A stretch of DNA of 64,000 nt from Octopus vulgaris (GCA_951406725.2 OX597820.1:62434001-62498000), one strand, 5' to 3'. Positions 26,143 to 39,767 are shown, counted from the stretch's first letter. Notes: generated from the sequence alone by a model not told the origin. A program made the numbers and translations.

Positions 26143-26930
26143 GTAGACTGATCAAATAGTTTCCGGACTGATGCCATAGTAACGAAACTAAAGTACGCAT
26201 AGTAAAGCCGCTTGGCACATATTGATGTTAAACGCTGTTGTGCACACACACAAAGTTTTAACGTTCTAGCTCACTTCCGCTGTTTACAGCAATGCTTGCA
26301 AGTAATGTGTGTAGCGTGTGATCGTCGCATTGAACATGGATGTGCAAGCTGAGCAGAGAATCTGCATCAAATTTTGCTAAAAGCTTGGCAATACCTGCTC
26401 AGAGGCCTACGCAATGTTTTGAAAATGTTTTCATCGTTCTCGACACAATCAAGGGGATGTTATGCAATTGAAACCGATGTGGCCTCTTCGTCAGCTGAAA
26501 GCCGTTTTGGCACAAACTTGGCACACACGCATCTCATACCCAAAACTTCCGTGAGAATGGACTGAATTGCACATCCTTTGATAAGTCTTGGATGGTGATT
26601 CGACGATTTTCCCTCCCAACTGCATGCACAGGTACGATGTTTTCTCAGTTCTTCTGGTTGCGAGTCTGCCAGAACGTTCGTCACATCAATATTTTTTTCG
26701 GAAAAGTCAGACACACTCGTATATTTGTGTGCGGCTCATACACTCCTATGCATACGCTTTCTGCACCTTTGTGTAGGCTTCTGAACAGGTATCGCATTGA
26801 CAATTTTCTCTGTCATGGACAATTCGGCGATCAATCACACACTACACTTTTTCCTTCCAAGCACTGCTTTAAACAGCTGAAGTAAGTCAAAACGTTAAAG
26901 CATAGTGCTCATGCACAGCAAAATTCAAAG
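26142..26930. mobile_element. Two decayed mariner 5' halves joined in opposite orientation
   Basis: + strand: TA|cgtagactgatcaaatagtttccggactg, then MDVQAEQRICIKFC*KLG. - strand (26430-26930): homologous leader and LGMRCVCAKFVPKRLS (WVPHEL-equivalent). Confidence 0.75.
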
Positions 26931-27225
26931 TCAACTTTTGCTAAGCGGCTTCACTCTCTTCGAAACGAGGAGTAGATGACATAGGGATAACTGATGAAGG
27001 GGAATATTCTTTATGTTGCATTTCATGTTTCTCTGTTTGTTTCTTTCGTTGTTCGAAAACAGTTCGTTTTCTATGTTGTTGTTATTATGGTTTCGTTTTT
27101 CATTGTGTTTAACGTCTTTTGATGTTCTGTACCCATATATGCATGTATATATACATAAATGTTGGTATGTACATATATGTATGTATATATGCATATATTT
27201 ATACACTATTTATATTATATACATA

Positions 27226-27279
<54 letters not shown>

Positions 27280-27642
27280 ATGATTTCACGCAAAGGCATA
27301 GATATGTGTGTTTGTATGTGCGTTCCGACTAATAATAATGCAAATTAAGATTTCGTGCAAGTTCTAGTGAGTTGGAATCCAATTTGCGCCTTGTCAAGTG
27401 ATATCCGTTGGAAACTTTGTCCACATGTCGATTCCGTATAGAACCCCTATCGAAATGCTTGCTTGATAGTCACAAGTGTTAATATTGAAAAACTGGTGAG
27501 AAAATGATTCGTAATTTCATCGACAGTTATTGCCACTCACAAGCACCAATTATTAGCAATTGTTATGTTATACATACATAAAAACATAGATACATTACTA
27601 TATATACATATACAAATATATACATTGATGTATACACAAACG

Positions 27643-27729
<87 letters not shown>

Positions 27730-28072
27730 TCTGTGAGTTAAGTCAAGATCAGCAGTTGTTGAAGAGTAAATCACTCTTCTTTGCACCATATTATCTAAAC
27801 TGACGGCAAAGACCGATACAGCTTATCATCATATAGCAGGCGTAGATACAGTTTACGCTGGTCAGAACAATGCTTCTAAAAGTTTCGAGAAATTCGAAGA
27901 ATTACGTAGGCACAACCAGAGAATGACTGTCATGTTTATTGAAGATGCTGATTCGCTTCACATACTAAACCTTCGAAGTTTTCGTAAGTGATTTTAGCCC
28001 ATTATTACACATACTGTTATTTATAGCTTTATCCACTTCGAGTGCAACAGTTAAAATCTATACACACACACA

Positions 28073-28181
<109 letters not shown>

Positions 28182-28813
28182 ATAATATATGCATGTGTAT
28201 ATAGATGTTGCTATTTATATCATGTGCGTGTAAAGACGTATTTAGGTATATACCTATACATACAAGCATAGGTAACAGAAATCCTAACGTATTAAGGTAT
28301 GGATGCCTATTCGGAGAACTTATGTTTTATTAATGATCCATCTATATACTTCCAAAAACTTTCAAGAAATTCCTTTTATCTAAAACTTTCTAAGACACAA
28401 AGAACAGTCATAAAGTGTCTATTGCCAAAACACAGCACGTTGATGAATTATATAAATGTACAGAGACACCAATATATATATATATATATATAATATATAC
28501 GCACATATATATCTATAAGTACGTGTGTGTGTGAATGGCGTGTGTATGTATACGAATATATAGTATTCAATAGTCTTTAAAATAAAAGTTACCGTAGTGG
28601 ATAGCTGAAGTGGTAGCGATGAGGAATGGGGTGAATTGGCAATTCTCAAAGAGGAAAGTTTTCTGGCATACCCTATTGAACCGTTCGTCCACGACCGCCA
28701 AGGCGAAAGTTACACAATGAATATCCCCTATTATATATATATATATATACGTATATAAATACACACACATACATATGCATATATACATATTGGACACTCA
28801 TACCTATTAGCTG

Positions 28814-28857
<44 letters not shown>

Positions 28858-29549
28858 GACATTTCTATTTTTAAATATGAATTGGTCGTTTGGGTTTATG
28901 TAATTATTTAGCTAAATCAATGTTCTACGTTCAGATCTAGTTGAGATCGGTTTTAAGATCCGTATTCGAATTCGATAAAATGAAGTATCAAGAACGAATT
29001 AATCGAGTACACATTTATTGTAAATCTGTGACACATGCATGTCTGAGGAATTACTGCTCGCATTACTTCCTAACTGAAAGCGATGGACGAATAGAATCGT
29101 TTAAATATCTGACAAAATGTTTCACAATTTTCATTTTGGCCACTGAATTTAAATTCTGATGAGGTTATTTTAGTTTATACGTCACGCCATTTCGGGGACG
29201 ATATTAGTGGGGTGCCAGCCACGTCCTGGAATAGACGAGGTCGGTTTATGCCTTTCACGAAAGGTGCTAGCTCTTTCTTGAAATAAATAAACAATTATTA
29301 TATTCTTGTTAGTGCATTGTCCACGTGGAATTTTAATAGAGCTGTATAAACGGGTGTTTACGATCTTAGAGCACATCCGACTGCATTTAACTTTCCTTTT
29401 CATGGATAAAGATTCCATAAAATAAGTGTCCATAGTATTTATGGTGGGATACAAGCATATATATATATATAGTGGTTCGCTGACACGTTGTGCATTGCTT
29501 CACCGCGCATATGATTCGAAAGCCGCACATGTGAACGTACAACGTAGTC

Positions 29550-30280
29550 TAATTGGGGACTTTACGAGCTCGAAATGAGTCATAACACTGCAGAAGCAAT
29601 GAGAAACATTTGCTCTCCGAAACCTACATGTGTAAAGAATTACCATACAAGAACCAGATGGTTGAAGAAATGCAGACAGGCCTAAAACCGTGGATTATGC
29701 GGCCGTGCTCCAAGGCATAGAGACAAATCCGGCGAGTGGCTATGGAAGAGTATCACGCTAGCTCGGCATCTCAGGGATGTATGTCATTCTGCGGCAAAAC
29801 TACACGGTATTGGTTAACAGGAAGCCAGCTCTTCTGCAGCAAGACTACACAAGGTCTCATACTACTCGAACGACCCGGAACAAACCCCAGGATCTTGAAA
29901 GAATCGAACTGATGCTACTACCAGCATATAGTGTGGACCTAGCTCCCTCGGATTATTACGTGTTCCGATCCATGACTCACTCCTTGCGGTTGCGAGCACT
30001 TTCTCACCAAGAAATGGAAGCCTCAATAAAGGAGTTCATTGCCTTGGAAGACAAGAACTGTTATCAGCGAGGGATGAAGGAACTGATCAAAAGCTAGCTT
30101 CAGGTAGTGAAAACGATGGCCTCATCTTTGAAAGCTAGGATGCTCTTGTAGCAACTTTACAATTAAAGCAAATAAGTTACCATAATATTGTTAAAAAATC
30201 CATTCGACTCAATATTAATGATTGTTCTTATTTTCAGATGTAATAAAAACAATTTTACATTAATCCGATCAACTAAAACA
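29550..30280 (+). mobile_element. Decayed, internally deleted mariner transposon
   Basis: ORF 29777..30097 has LLQQDYTRSH (HDNARPH-like) and PAYSVDLAPSDYYVF (YSPDLAPSDY). An N-terminal remnant HNTAEAMRNICS lies at ~29581. Confidence 0.8.
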
Positions 30281-30552
30281 TACAACCTACTTACATTTAT
30301 TGATGAACCTTTAACAGAACTCTTAGCAAAAATATTGAGATATCCCTCACCACCATCGCTCCTTCCTCGTACACCATAAGCTAACCCCCATTTTATACTT
30401 AGAAACATTATTACAGCAGTTCAATAAGCAAGTACAGTAGAAATTGTTCTAAAAGTTTGCCTATCACCAACTCAAATCCTCACAAATGTTTTCCTAATAT
30501 AAGTGCACAAACCTACATGCACGCATATGAATATATAAAATATATTGTTGTT

Positions 30553-30850
30553 TGTTCCTTCCCAAGCCATACCTGGGTCATAAGGGCCGGTTTCCCGGTT
30601 TCCTTGGCGTATAAGTTCCCCACCAGGACGGGACGCGGATACGTCACAGGTGAGCTGCAAGATGCAGGAGGAAAGAGTGAGAGAAAGTTGTGGCGAAAGA
30701 GTCAGCAGAAGTTCGCCATTACCTTCTGCCGGAGCCGCGTGGAGCTTAGGTGTTGCGCTCATAAACAGACACATTACCCGGTCTGAGATTCGAACCCGCG
30801 AGCCCTCGATCGTAAGTCCGCTGCTCTAACCAATAGGCCATGTGTCTCCA
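30553..30850 (-). mobile_element. tRNA-derived SINE
   Basis: Head tggagacacatggcctattggttagagcagcggacttacgatcg...gggttcgaatctc. Body shared with 38614-38918; tail shared with 30852-31099. Confidence 0.85.
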
Positions 30851-30851
30851 C

Positions 30852-31099
30852 TTTCCTTCTCGAGTCCTGCCAGGATGATAAGGGCCGGTTTCCCGGTTTC
30901 AGTGGCGTAGAAATTCCCCACATGGACGGGACGCCTGTCCATCTCAGCGTTACTCATTTTTGCCAGCTGAGTGGACTGGAGCAACGTGAAAATGAAGTGT
31001 TTTGCTCAAGAACACAACGCATCGCCCGTTCCAGGAATCGAAACCACATCCTTGCAATCATGAGATCAACACCCTAACCACTAAGCCACACGCCTCCAC
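30852..31099 (-). mobile_element. tRNA-derived SINE (different body, same 3' tail as neighbour)
   Basis: Head tggaggcgtgtggcttagtggttagggtg...ggtttcgattcc; body tgtgttcttgagcaaaacacttcat...; tail ...gaaaccgggaaaccggcccttat. Confidence 0.85.
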
Positions 31100-32317
31100 A
31101 TATAAAATATATAGTCGTATGCAATTAGAAAATGTTTTTTCTTTTTTAATTCCCTTTTCATAAATCTTTAATTGTTTTAATAAATGTCTTAAATATGTAG
31201 TTCAATTTTTTAAAAATCAAATTCTATTCTTATTCCTATTTTTATATATGAGTATATACACACGTTTTATAATGTCCAGCTTTCATATATAACCATAGGC
31301 CTAAAAAGTATATATTATAAAATAACCAAATTTGGGACAGAATAGAAGAAATATTTACAAACACATAACCCACAATATCTACGTCCATAAAACACAAAGC
31401 TTAAAACTCAAACACAATAATCAAATTGTTTATAATACAATGAACCCCTAGAGTGAAATATATCGACCAATAACTTCACATCCATGTACATTTTCTTGAG
31501 ACCATCAAAGCTTAAGATAAACAAATTTCCATACTAACATCAGGACATTTTCTGAGATTTTACAAAAACAACAAAAATATTTTTTAATTGTCCTACTAAT
31601 GCAAACCTTTCAAATACAGGAAATACTCTAAACAGCAAGTAATGAAACTGATCAGCTAAAGCATACCACCTATTTATATTCTTTTGTGAACCCTTCAAAA
31701 ATTCCATAACAGAAAAATTGACACATCCAGTTAATAGATTTTTAAATACTGGACTAAACTTTGAAACTTTGACCTTCACATTTTCAAAGCAAAGAATTAA
31801 ATCCAATAAAACCAAAAATAACTAAGACTACTGGCACATCTACTGATAAAAGGAATTCTCCTGTAGCTTATATCGTTTTTGTGAAACAGTAATACACAAT
31901 CACACAACTTGAAGCGTGGGAACCCATATATACACACCTGTTAACAAAGTTCTAGAAGCATATATAAATTTTTAACGATAACGTAATTCCAGGTTCAGTT
32001 ATTCAATTATGCACTAAAACCCCTCTCCATCAAACCTACCGTGCAACCTAAAAACCATTCCACTGTATCCCACTTCAGAGAGACTATATGAAGTTAAAAC
32101 TTAAACTTTAATGCAAAGTGGTCCGATGACGGCTTAGTTGACAGAAACTTCGAAGTCACTGTTAATAATACTCCTGTTTAAGTATAATATATATTTTGTT
32201 CCATTCACATTCTAAACTGTCTAAAGAACGTGAACATGAAACTCAGAGTACCAATATTTTTTGTGATATTTTTGTAATGTTTTTGCAGCTTCAATAATAT
32301 CGAAGTGTATATGTATG

Positions 32318-32348
<31 letters not shown>

Positions 32349-32756
32349 TAAGAAATCATAGAAGAGAATGTAGAATTATACATCTTCAAAAACTTGTATT
32401 ATTCTCATTAAATTCGCATTAGATTCTAATGCTAATTTAATGGGAATAATACAAGTCTTGAAGATGTATAATTCTCCATTCTTGTATCTGAGGTCTTGAT
32501 TATATATTCTACATGTATAAAATTTCAAGTCAAGTCTTGTGGTATCATGGCACATTCATGGGTCATTCATGGGAGATGGTGTTGACTATGATGTATACAG
32601 GTTTAGCCAGGCGACTTATCTGGTATCGCTTGAAGAAACCTGACTTGGTGCTGTTTGAAGGTGATGGGACCTTTTCTTGTAGGGATAGTGTTAAGAGGAG
32701 CACAGCCTGTCGAGAAAAAAATTCTACGTGAGTTTTTGTAGTGAGCCTGAATGGTG

Positions 32757-32840
<84 letters not shown>

Positions 32841-32968
32841 CATACTCATAGGCGCAGGAGTGACTGTGTGATAAGTAGGTTGCTTACCAACCACATGGCT
32901 CAGTTCCACTGCGTCTGACCAAAGCCATGTGAGTGGATTTGGTAGACGGAAACTGAAAGAAGCTTGAC

Positions 32969-33063
<95 letters not shown>

Positions 33064-33069
33064 TATACC

Positions 33070-34347
33070 TTGGTTCATCCCATAAATAGTGCGGTTTTTT
33101 AATACTTCTTTCATTTTCAAAATTAGGATTAAGAATGTTCTTTTTTAATCAAAAATATACTCTCTTTCATTTTCTGCAATGCACTTCCTTATACCTGGTA
33201 GATTTGCAAAGCTCCTTTTCCAAAATTCACTCGGCCGTGACATAAAATACTCCTCCAGTACTGTCCTGATCTCGTCTACAGAATTTATATTTATTCCGTT
33301 CAAGTGGTTTTGAAGACGGCGGAATAAATTATAATCAGATGGAGCAATGTTCGGCGAATATCGTGGGTGGGTCATCGCTTCCTATTCAAACTGCTCCCCT
33401 CTTTGAAATGTCATCCTCGCTATATGTGGTCGTGCATTATCCTGATGGAAGGACACCTTTTGTCTTGTAACCGAAGCTGGTTAATTTCCTTCTAGCACTG
33501 ACTTCAGCCGCTCAAGCTGCTCGCTGTAGAACTCGTTTGTTATCGTTTGGTTTGAGTTTAAAAGTTCAAATTAGATAAATTATATCCCACCAAACAGATG
33601 ACAACAACTCACGAGGGTGAAGACCTTCTTTAGCCTAGCTTGCCAGTGTTTCTTGTTTCCTTACCCACTGTCTTCGGCACTTGACATTTTTATAGAAAGC
33701 CCATTTCTCGTCACCAGTTACTATTCGGTCCAATAATGGTTCATTCGTGAGATGTAAGAGCAATGAAGACCACACATTCCATTTCTGCTCGCGATTAAAC
33801 GCGGAATGTTTGTGAGGAACCCAATGTCCCAATTTGCTGACTTTTCTGATGGCATGGAGGTATCGATGAATGGTTGAAGTCCAAGCTTCTCTGCTAGTTC
33901 ATCAACAATTACGCTGGGATTTTGTTCCACCAGAGTTTGCAGGACGTCCTCATCGAGTTCTTCAGATCTTCCAGGACGAGGCTTATCTTCTAGGATGTAG
34001 TTTACGGCTCTGAATTTCTGGAAGCACCGTTGAGACTGGCTTACACTTTTTTCCAATCCCCATATACTGCACTAATATTCCGCGCAATTTCTGTTGCGCA
34101 GTCGCCCTTATTGAACTCTTAAAATAATATGTACCGAATATGCTCCTTTGTCACTTCGATTTTAGCTTTGAAAACATAACTGTTGAAATGGAACTGCACT
34201 CTTTAAAACTTGCACTAAGAATAAGTACGGGTAAAATTACTACCTGCTTTTATAGCAATTTTATGCAGTTAGTTTAACCGGTGTCCCTTCGACTTTTCGT
34301 TCATGGTATTAAAAAGATAGAAACGCATTATTTATGGGATGATTCAA
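33070..34347 (-). mobile_element. Full-length decayed mariner (about 1.28 kb)
   Basis: TIRs ttggttcatcccataaatagtgcg / cgcattatttatgggatgattcaa. Fragments LEDKPRPGR, WVPHK, IVTGDEKW and PRYSPNIAPSDY, with stops and frameshifts. Confidence 0.9.
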
Positions 34348-34418
34348 TACACACACGCACACACATATATATATATAGACACAGACACACACGCATATAT
34401 ATGATATTCTCTCTCTCT

Positions 34419-34470
<52 letters not shown>

Positions 34471-34492
34471 ATAAGTATACGTATATATAGTC

Positions 34493-34550
<58 letters not shown>

Positions 34551-34937
34551 CTAATGGTTATGTCAATTAGTGCGTTCATTAAACCACGTTCACATTTTGG
34601 GCTACTTGGTGTCATCAAGTAACACTTATTCTTTGTAAGCCCAATACTTATTCTATCGGTCTCTTTTGCCCATCATGACTACCCGTCTGATAAGGGTACA
34701 CCAGGCACATGCATCACAACCATATGTGCGCGACATGGTGATCTCATATCAATATAAACACCACATGACCTTGCAGGTGGGGCCCAGTTAGAATTTTCTT
34801 CAGGTTGAGTAGCTCATCCCGCTCAAAAGGTCCCTGAATAAGGGTTGTTTAAGGATGTTGGAAGAACCACCCATGTTTCCAGAGGTGAATTATTCAAACC
34901 CCAAAGAATCCCTCTCAACACATTGCTATGATGCTCC

Positions 34938-35018
<81 letters not shown>

Positions 35019-36080
35019 ATGAAAACTGAGCTTATTTGGCAGAGTATGATCCGCACGGATAAATTTTTTGCTATCGATCTTAATGGTCGTAAAGATACTA
35101 GCAGTGGATAGACTAAAAAGGCCTTACACACACAGCATTACAAACACTGCCCGCACACCCATCTTCACATTCTATGACTACCGTTGAGATCGATCTGGTA
35201 CCGGACAAGGATTCTGGATTATCTTCCTGTTTTTTTCTTTGTTTTTACTAAATTTTACTCTTCAAATATAGTTTTATATGTCGGCTTACATCACTACTTT
35301 TCCTTGTATTTTCCTATCATTTTTAGAAGTTCCCTTTTACTTACGGTGTTAACATTTTTGGTGATGCAGACATTTCATCTATGCCTCATTTTCATTAGTA
35401 TTCTGAAGAGCCGTTGCTGAAACCAGATACCTATATTGTAAGCGTCAATCATGTTATATAAACAAAGAAATCGCATGAAATAAATAGTGGAATCGATTTA
35501 ATTAACTGTTGGCTCCGTCAGATTTTCTGGCCGTGTGCCAACTTGAGAAGTTATTAGGATGGCCGTTGTCAGATTCGGTAGAGCACAAGATAACACACGG
35601 TTTTCGTGATATTCTGTTGGGGGTCAAATTTGCATTATAAGAAATCTGCTTTCTGACCTAGCAGAAATAGTAGCTAAATATGTCATAAATCATATCGTGC
35701 TGGTTTAAAATATAGATTTTATTGAATAATTCAGACCTTTGGAAGATGTTTATGAAAGAAATATACATTACTTACAATTGCCAGCTCGCCACCTTAAAAA
35801 TAGCTCTGTGGTGTGAGCTATTTTCTGATTGAAAACTTCTCCGAACGGGTGCTTGTTACAGAGTGCTCAATAGTCAAATTCTCTAAAAGTATATAACAGT
35901 ACTTTTAAATCGGACAACGAAGCACATGGTTAGATATAAGCATTTTTCTAATACTGTCATAAAGGTGGTGTAGCAAATCTGTAATATACCAGCCCTAATG
36001 CAATTTCGAGTCTCTTTGACGCTTTTCAGTTGAGTAAAAGATCTATAAATCGTTCATAATATATATATATATATATATAA

Positions 36081-36122
<42 letters not shown>

Positions 36123-36385
36123 ATATATATGATTTAATTTTTGCTACATTGCATAGAGAAAATGCGTACATGATAATGACAATATTTTTGTTCTACAGTC
36201 TTCTGTAAATTGACTTACGGTTAATTTTAAAGTTCAAAAACAAACACAGAGATAAAATGACCGTCATAAGTGATATTACACTTTACAGCCATAACGTGAT
36301 GCATGTACATAAAGTATCGACGCTTCAGCTGGGTAAGCACTTATTCCTGGAAGAGAAATTCTAAAACATACTTGAATTGAAACAG

Positions 36386-36505
36386 TGACGTCAGCAACAC
36401 AAAGACCCATTCACTAAATATATAAAAGAAACAGAACACGGCACATACATAATACCCAGTTGAAGTACTCAAATCCCCCGACATTACTATATCTTACAAG
36501 TAAGT
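36386..36505 (+). promoter_or_regulatory. Candidate Pol II promoter: palindromic CRE + TATA box + short first exon + splice donor
   Basis: TGACGTCA at 36386-36393, TATAAAAG at 36421-36428, AA|GTAAGT at 36500, in apparently non-repetitive sequence. Motif evidence only. Confidence 0.35.
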
Positions 36506-36944
36506 CCTACTTGGTGTACTACTTGGATATCTTTGACAATGCTACTGACACGCATACAAGCATCCTAGACCGCATCTAAGGGCAAATATTTCCTGTGGTT
36601 GGCAAAGATTCTATTCCTCAATACATTTAAGCAACTACAGCCCAGGAGAATTGTTTATTATCTAAGCCTCTTACTACTGCTATTACAATTGCTTCTGTCA
36701 CTCTGAAGCATTTATAGAATTTATAGAACTGATAGATCACTATATAGTATCTCTATGCAAACCTAACCCATCAAATTTTCTCTGATTTTCTGTATATATC
36801 TCTACGGTGTTTCACATCGTAGGTTCCACACCAAATACATCTAATAATCATTCCCCTGCATCTGTTGGTCTCCACTCCCTGAAATTCCATGTTAAATCTC
36901 TTTTCTGTACGGATTGATTCTAGTTTATAGACGTTCAAATCGAA

Positions 36945-37296
36945 TACTCTTTTACTCTTTTACTTGTTTCAGTCATTTGACTGTGGCCATGCTGGAGCAC
37001 CGCCTTTTGCCGAGCCTCTAAGTTACGGGGACGTAAACTCACAAGCATTGGTTGTCATGCGATGTTGGGGAAGGAACAAACACATACACACAAACATATA
37101 TACAAACACACACATATATATATAGATATACGACAGGCTTCTTTCAGTTTCCGTCTATCAAATCCACTCACAAGGCTTTGGTCGGCCCGAGGCTATCGTA
37201 GAAGAGACTTGCCCAAGGTGCCACACAGTGGGACTGAACCCGGAACCATATGGTTGGTAAGAAAGCTTCTTACTACTCAGCTACTCCTACGCCTAT
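36945..37296 (-). mobile_element. Abundant tRNA-derived SINE with internal (TA)n(TG)n
   Basis: ggcgtaggagtagctgagtagtaag...gggttcagtcccactg...gacggaaactgaaagaagcc...gcggtgctccagcatggccacagtcaaatgactgaaac; tail (aaaagagt)n. Confidence 0.85.
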
Positions 37297-38547
37297 AATA
37301 AATCTGAAAATTCTTGGAAACCCTACAAGTCTAAATTCATTTACCTTATCTGATAAACTAATGAATATAAAAAATATTGCTCTACAATCTTTTTTGTGTT
37401 ATTAAATGAAATATTTCGGACGGTAGAGCCTTATGATCTCTTGTGTGTTTGGCCTCAATTTAACCATGATAAGGCAAATCTAAGATCAAAAATGCTCCAG
37501 TCGTGACTACGCCTTCTGTTTGTGTGTGACGATGATGTCGTTTAAATTGTCCACATTTATTTAAGGCGGTAGAATATGATAAAAGATCCTTTACATACTG
37601 GATATAATTTGTGCATATCAGAAAGTGAGATATTAATTAAACGGCGGTTGCTGTCTAGTTGCATGTCACATGAGGTCAAGCAGACCTTTGACCAGACTAT
37701 TGTAGTCTTGATCACTCTATTTTATTTCCTGAAAGTAAATCCAGAGTTATATTACCTATTAACTCCTTTCCTTCCTAAAATGATGGTTCTATTTTGAAGG
37801 CATTCTCTATGTGGCCGTTTGAGGTGCTAGAAAGAGCAGCAAAATTTCTCTCAAATCACACCTTATCATCTTAACTAATCAATATACTTAAGCGGGTTGT
37901 GGAAAATATAGTTGCTGGTATACAAAACCAAAGGTAGACTAGAAAACACTTAATCATATGTATATCTGATCAGACTTGACCTGAGGCAAGCACCACAACC
38001 ACCACCACCACCACCACCACCACCACCACCACCACCGCCGCCGCCACCACCACCACCACCACCACCACCACCACTACCACCTCCACCAACACCATCACCA
38101 CCACCACCACCACCGCCAACACTAACAACAAGAACAGGAACATGTATACGAAGTGTTTCGATGAAATCCCTCTTGGCTAATAGGCTATAAGGAAGTAATT
38201 GGCTTCCATAGCATTTTCAAATTTATATTTATGTCAAACTAATAGAATTTTCTATTAGCCGTCTCCAGTTTGTAGAATTTCTCAGTTTGCACATTGGAAT
38301 TTCAATTTGCTTAGTCATGTTATCTGGATTCTTAATTATTTTATTATTTTATCCGTTTACAGATGTCAGTCATTAGACTGTAGCTATGCGGTCGTCAAGG
38401 AGCTTAGCATATCATATCCACCCCAAAATTCTTTTACCTGAGAGGGTGACGCATGCAGCTATGGACTATTTGCCTAAGACCTACCAACTGGGTCTAGGAA
38501 CAGAGGTGGTGTTCGATGCACACAGATAAATGTGCATTCAAACAGAA

Positions 38548-38578
<31 letters not shown>

Positions 38579-38613
38579 AGTGTGTGTGTGTGTGTGGGTG
38601 TGTGTGTGTGTGT

Positions 38614-38918
38614 GGAGGCGCAATGGCCTAGTGGTTAGGGCAGCGGACTCGCGGTCGTAGGATCGCGGGTTCGATTCCCAGACCGGGCATTGTGAGTGTT
38701 TATTGAGCGAAAACACCTAAATTTCCACGAGGTTCCGGCAGGGGGTGGGGGTGGCGATCCCTGCTGTACTCTTTCGCCACAACTTTCTTTCACTCTTTCT
38801 TCTGTTGGCCTGCTCGCTTAGCCAGCGGGGTGGCGTCATTTGAAGGCTAAAAACAATGCGAAGCGCATTGTGACCAGCGATGTGTAGCAATATCTGATAG
38901 CCTGGACGGTCACGGTGA
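38614..38918 (+). mobile_element. tRNA-derived SINE
   Basis: A-box tggcctagtggtt, B-box gggttcgattccc. Body ctctttcgccacaactttct shared with 30553-30850; different tail. Confidence 0.85.
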
Positions 38919-39164
38919 TATATATATATATATATATTAGAATAAATAAGGTACTCAGAAATCTGGATGGTTGTACATTTACAGATTTTTATTAATATGT
39001 CACATGTTTTTATAAATCATATATTAGCGCTTGCATCTACTCTAGTAGAATCTCCAGATTTGAATTTGTTTGAGAGGATTCGTCTCTTTTTATAGTATTA
39101 GTGAGTGTGTAGGGGTGGGGAGAGATATAGGATAGTAAAAGAGGAATGGGGGAAAAGTGAGAGA

Positions 39165-39660
39165 GAGTGGGTGTGATTTTTGTGTATGTGTGTGTGTGTC
39201 TGTGTATCTGAAAGGCGTGTCAATGGAAAAGAGAAGGAAAGAAAGAAGGAAGAGAGAAAGAAGAAACAATATGTTTACATCTTTACAGCTGGTCAGTTCT
39301 TTCAATAGAAAGTGATGAGTTCATTCTTGGCCTCTAAAAATGACAAAACCAGGTGGCTACTCTAAGGTGGGTCTTGATAAAAGTCATTTTTCAAAAACTT
39401 GTCTGGATTTATCACCATCGTCATCATCATTGTCCAGTGAGGGAGAGTGTGTGTACTGTTATGTGTGCCTGTGTATCTGAAAGGTGTGTCAATGGAAAAT
39501 AGAAGGAAAGTAAGAAGGAAGAAAGGAAAAAGAGAAAAAAATTGTTTACACCTATACAGCTGGTCAGTTCTTTCAATGGAAGATGACAAATTGGTTAATA
39601 AAAGTTAGTTTTCAAAAACTTGTCTGGATATATTATCATCACCATCATCATCATCATCAT
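39165..39660. repeat. Imperfect tandem duplication (about 270-bp period)
   Basis: tgtgtatctgaaagg(c/t)gtgtcaatggaaaa...cagctggtcagttctttcaat at ~39201 and ~39471; ttttcaaaaacttgtctggat at ~39388 and ~39609. Confidence 0.75.
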
Positions 39661-39668
39661 CCTCATCC

Positions 39669-39706
<38 letters not shown>

Positions 39707-39766
39707 TCACCCCCAATACTTCTAATATATATATATTTAAGTACACATGCAAACATATACCTAAAT

Positions 39767-39767
<1 letters not shown>

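Noticed and set aside
29156-29290. CTGATGA...GAAA hammerhead candidate
   Set aside because: No convincing helix II or III pairing around the cores.
38614-38690. tRNA genes at 38614, 30780-30850, 31030-31099 and 3274-3350
   Set aside because: Acceptor stems are imperfect and each continues into a SINE body, so these are tRNA-derived heads.
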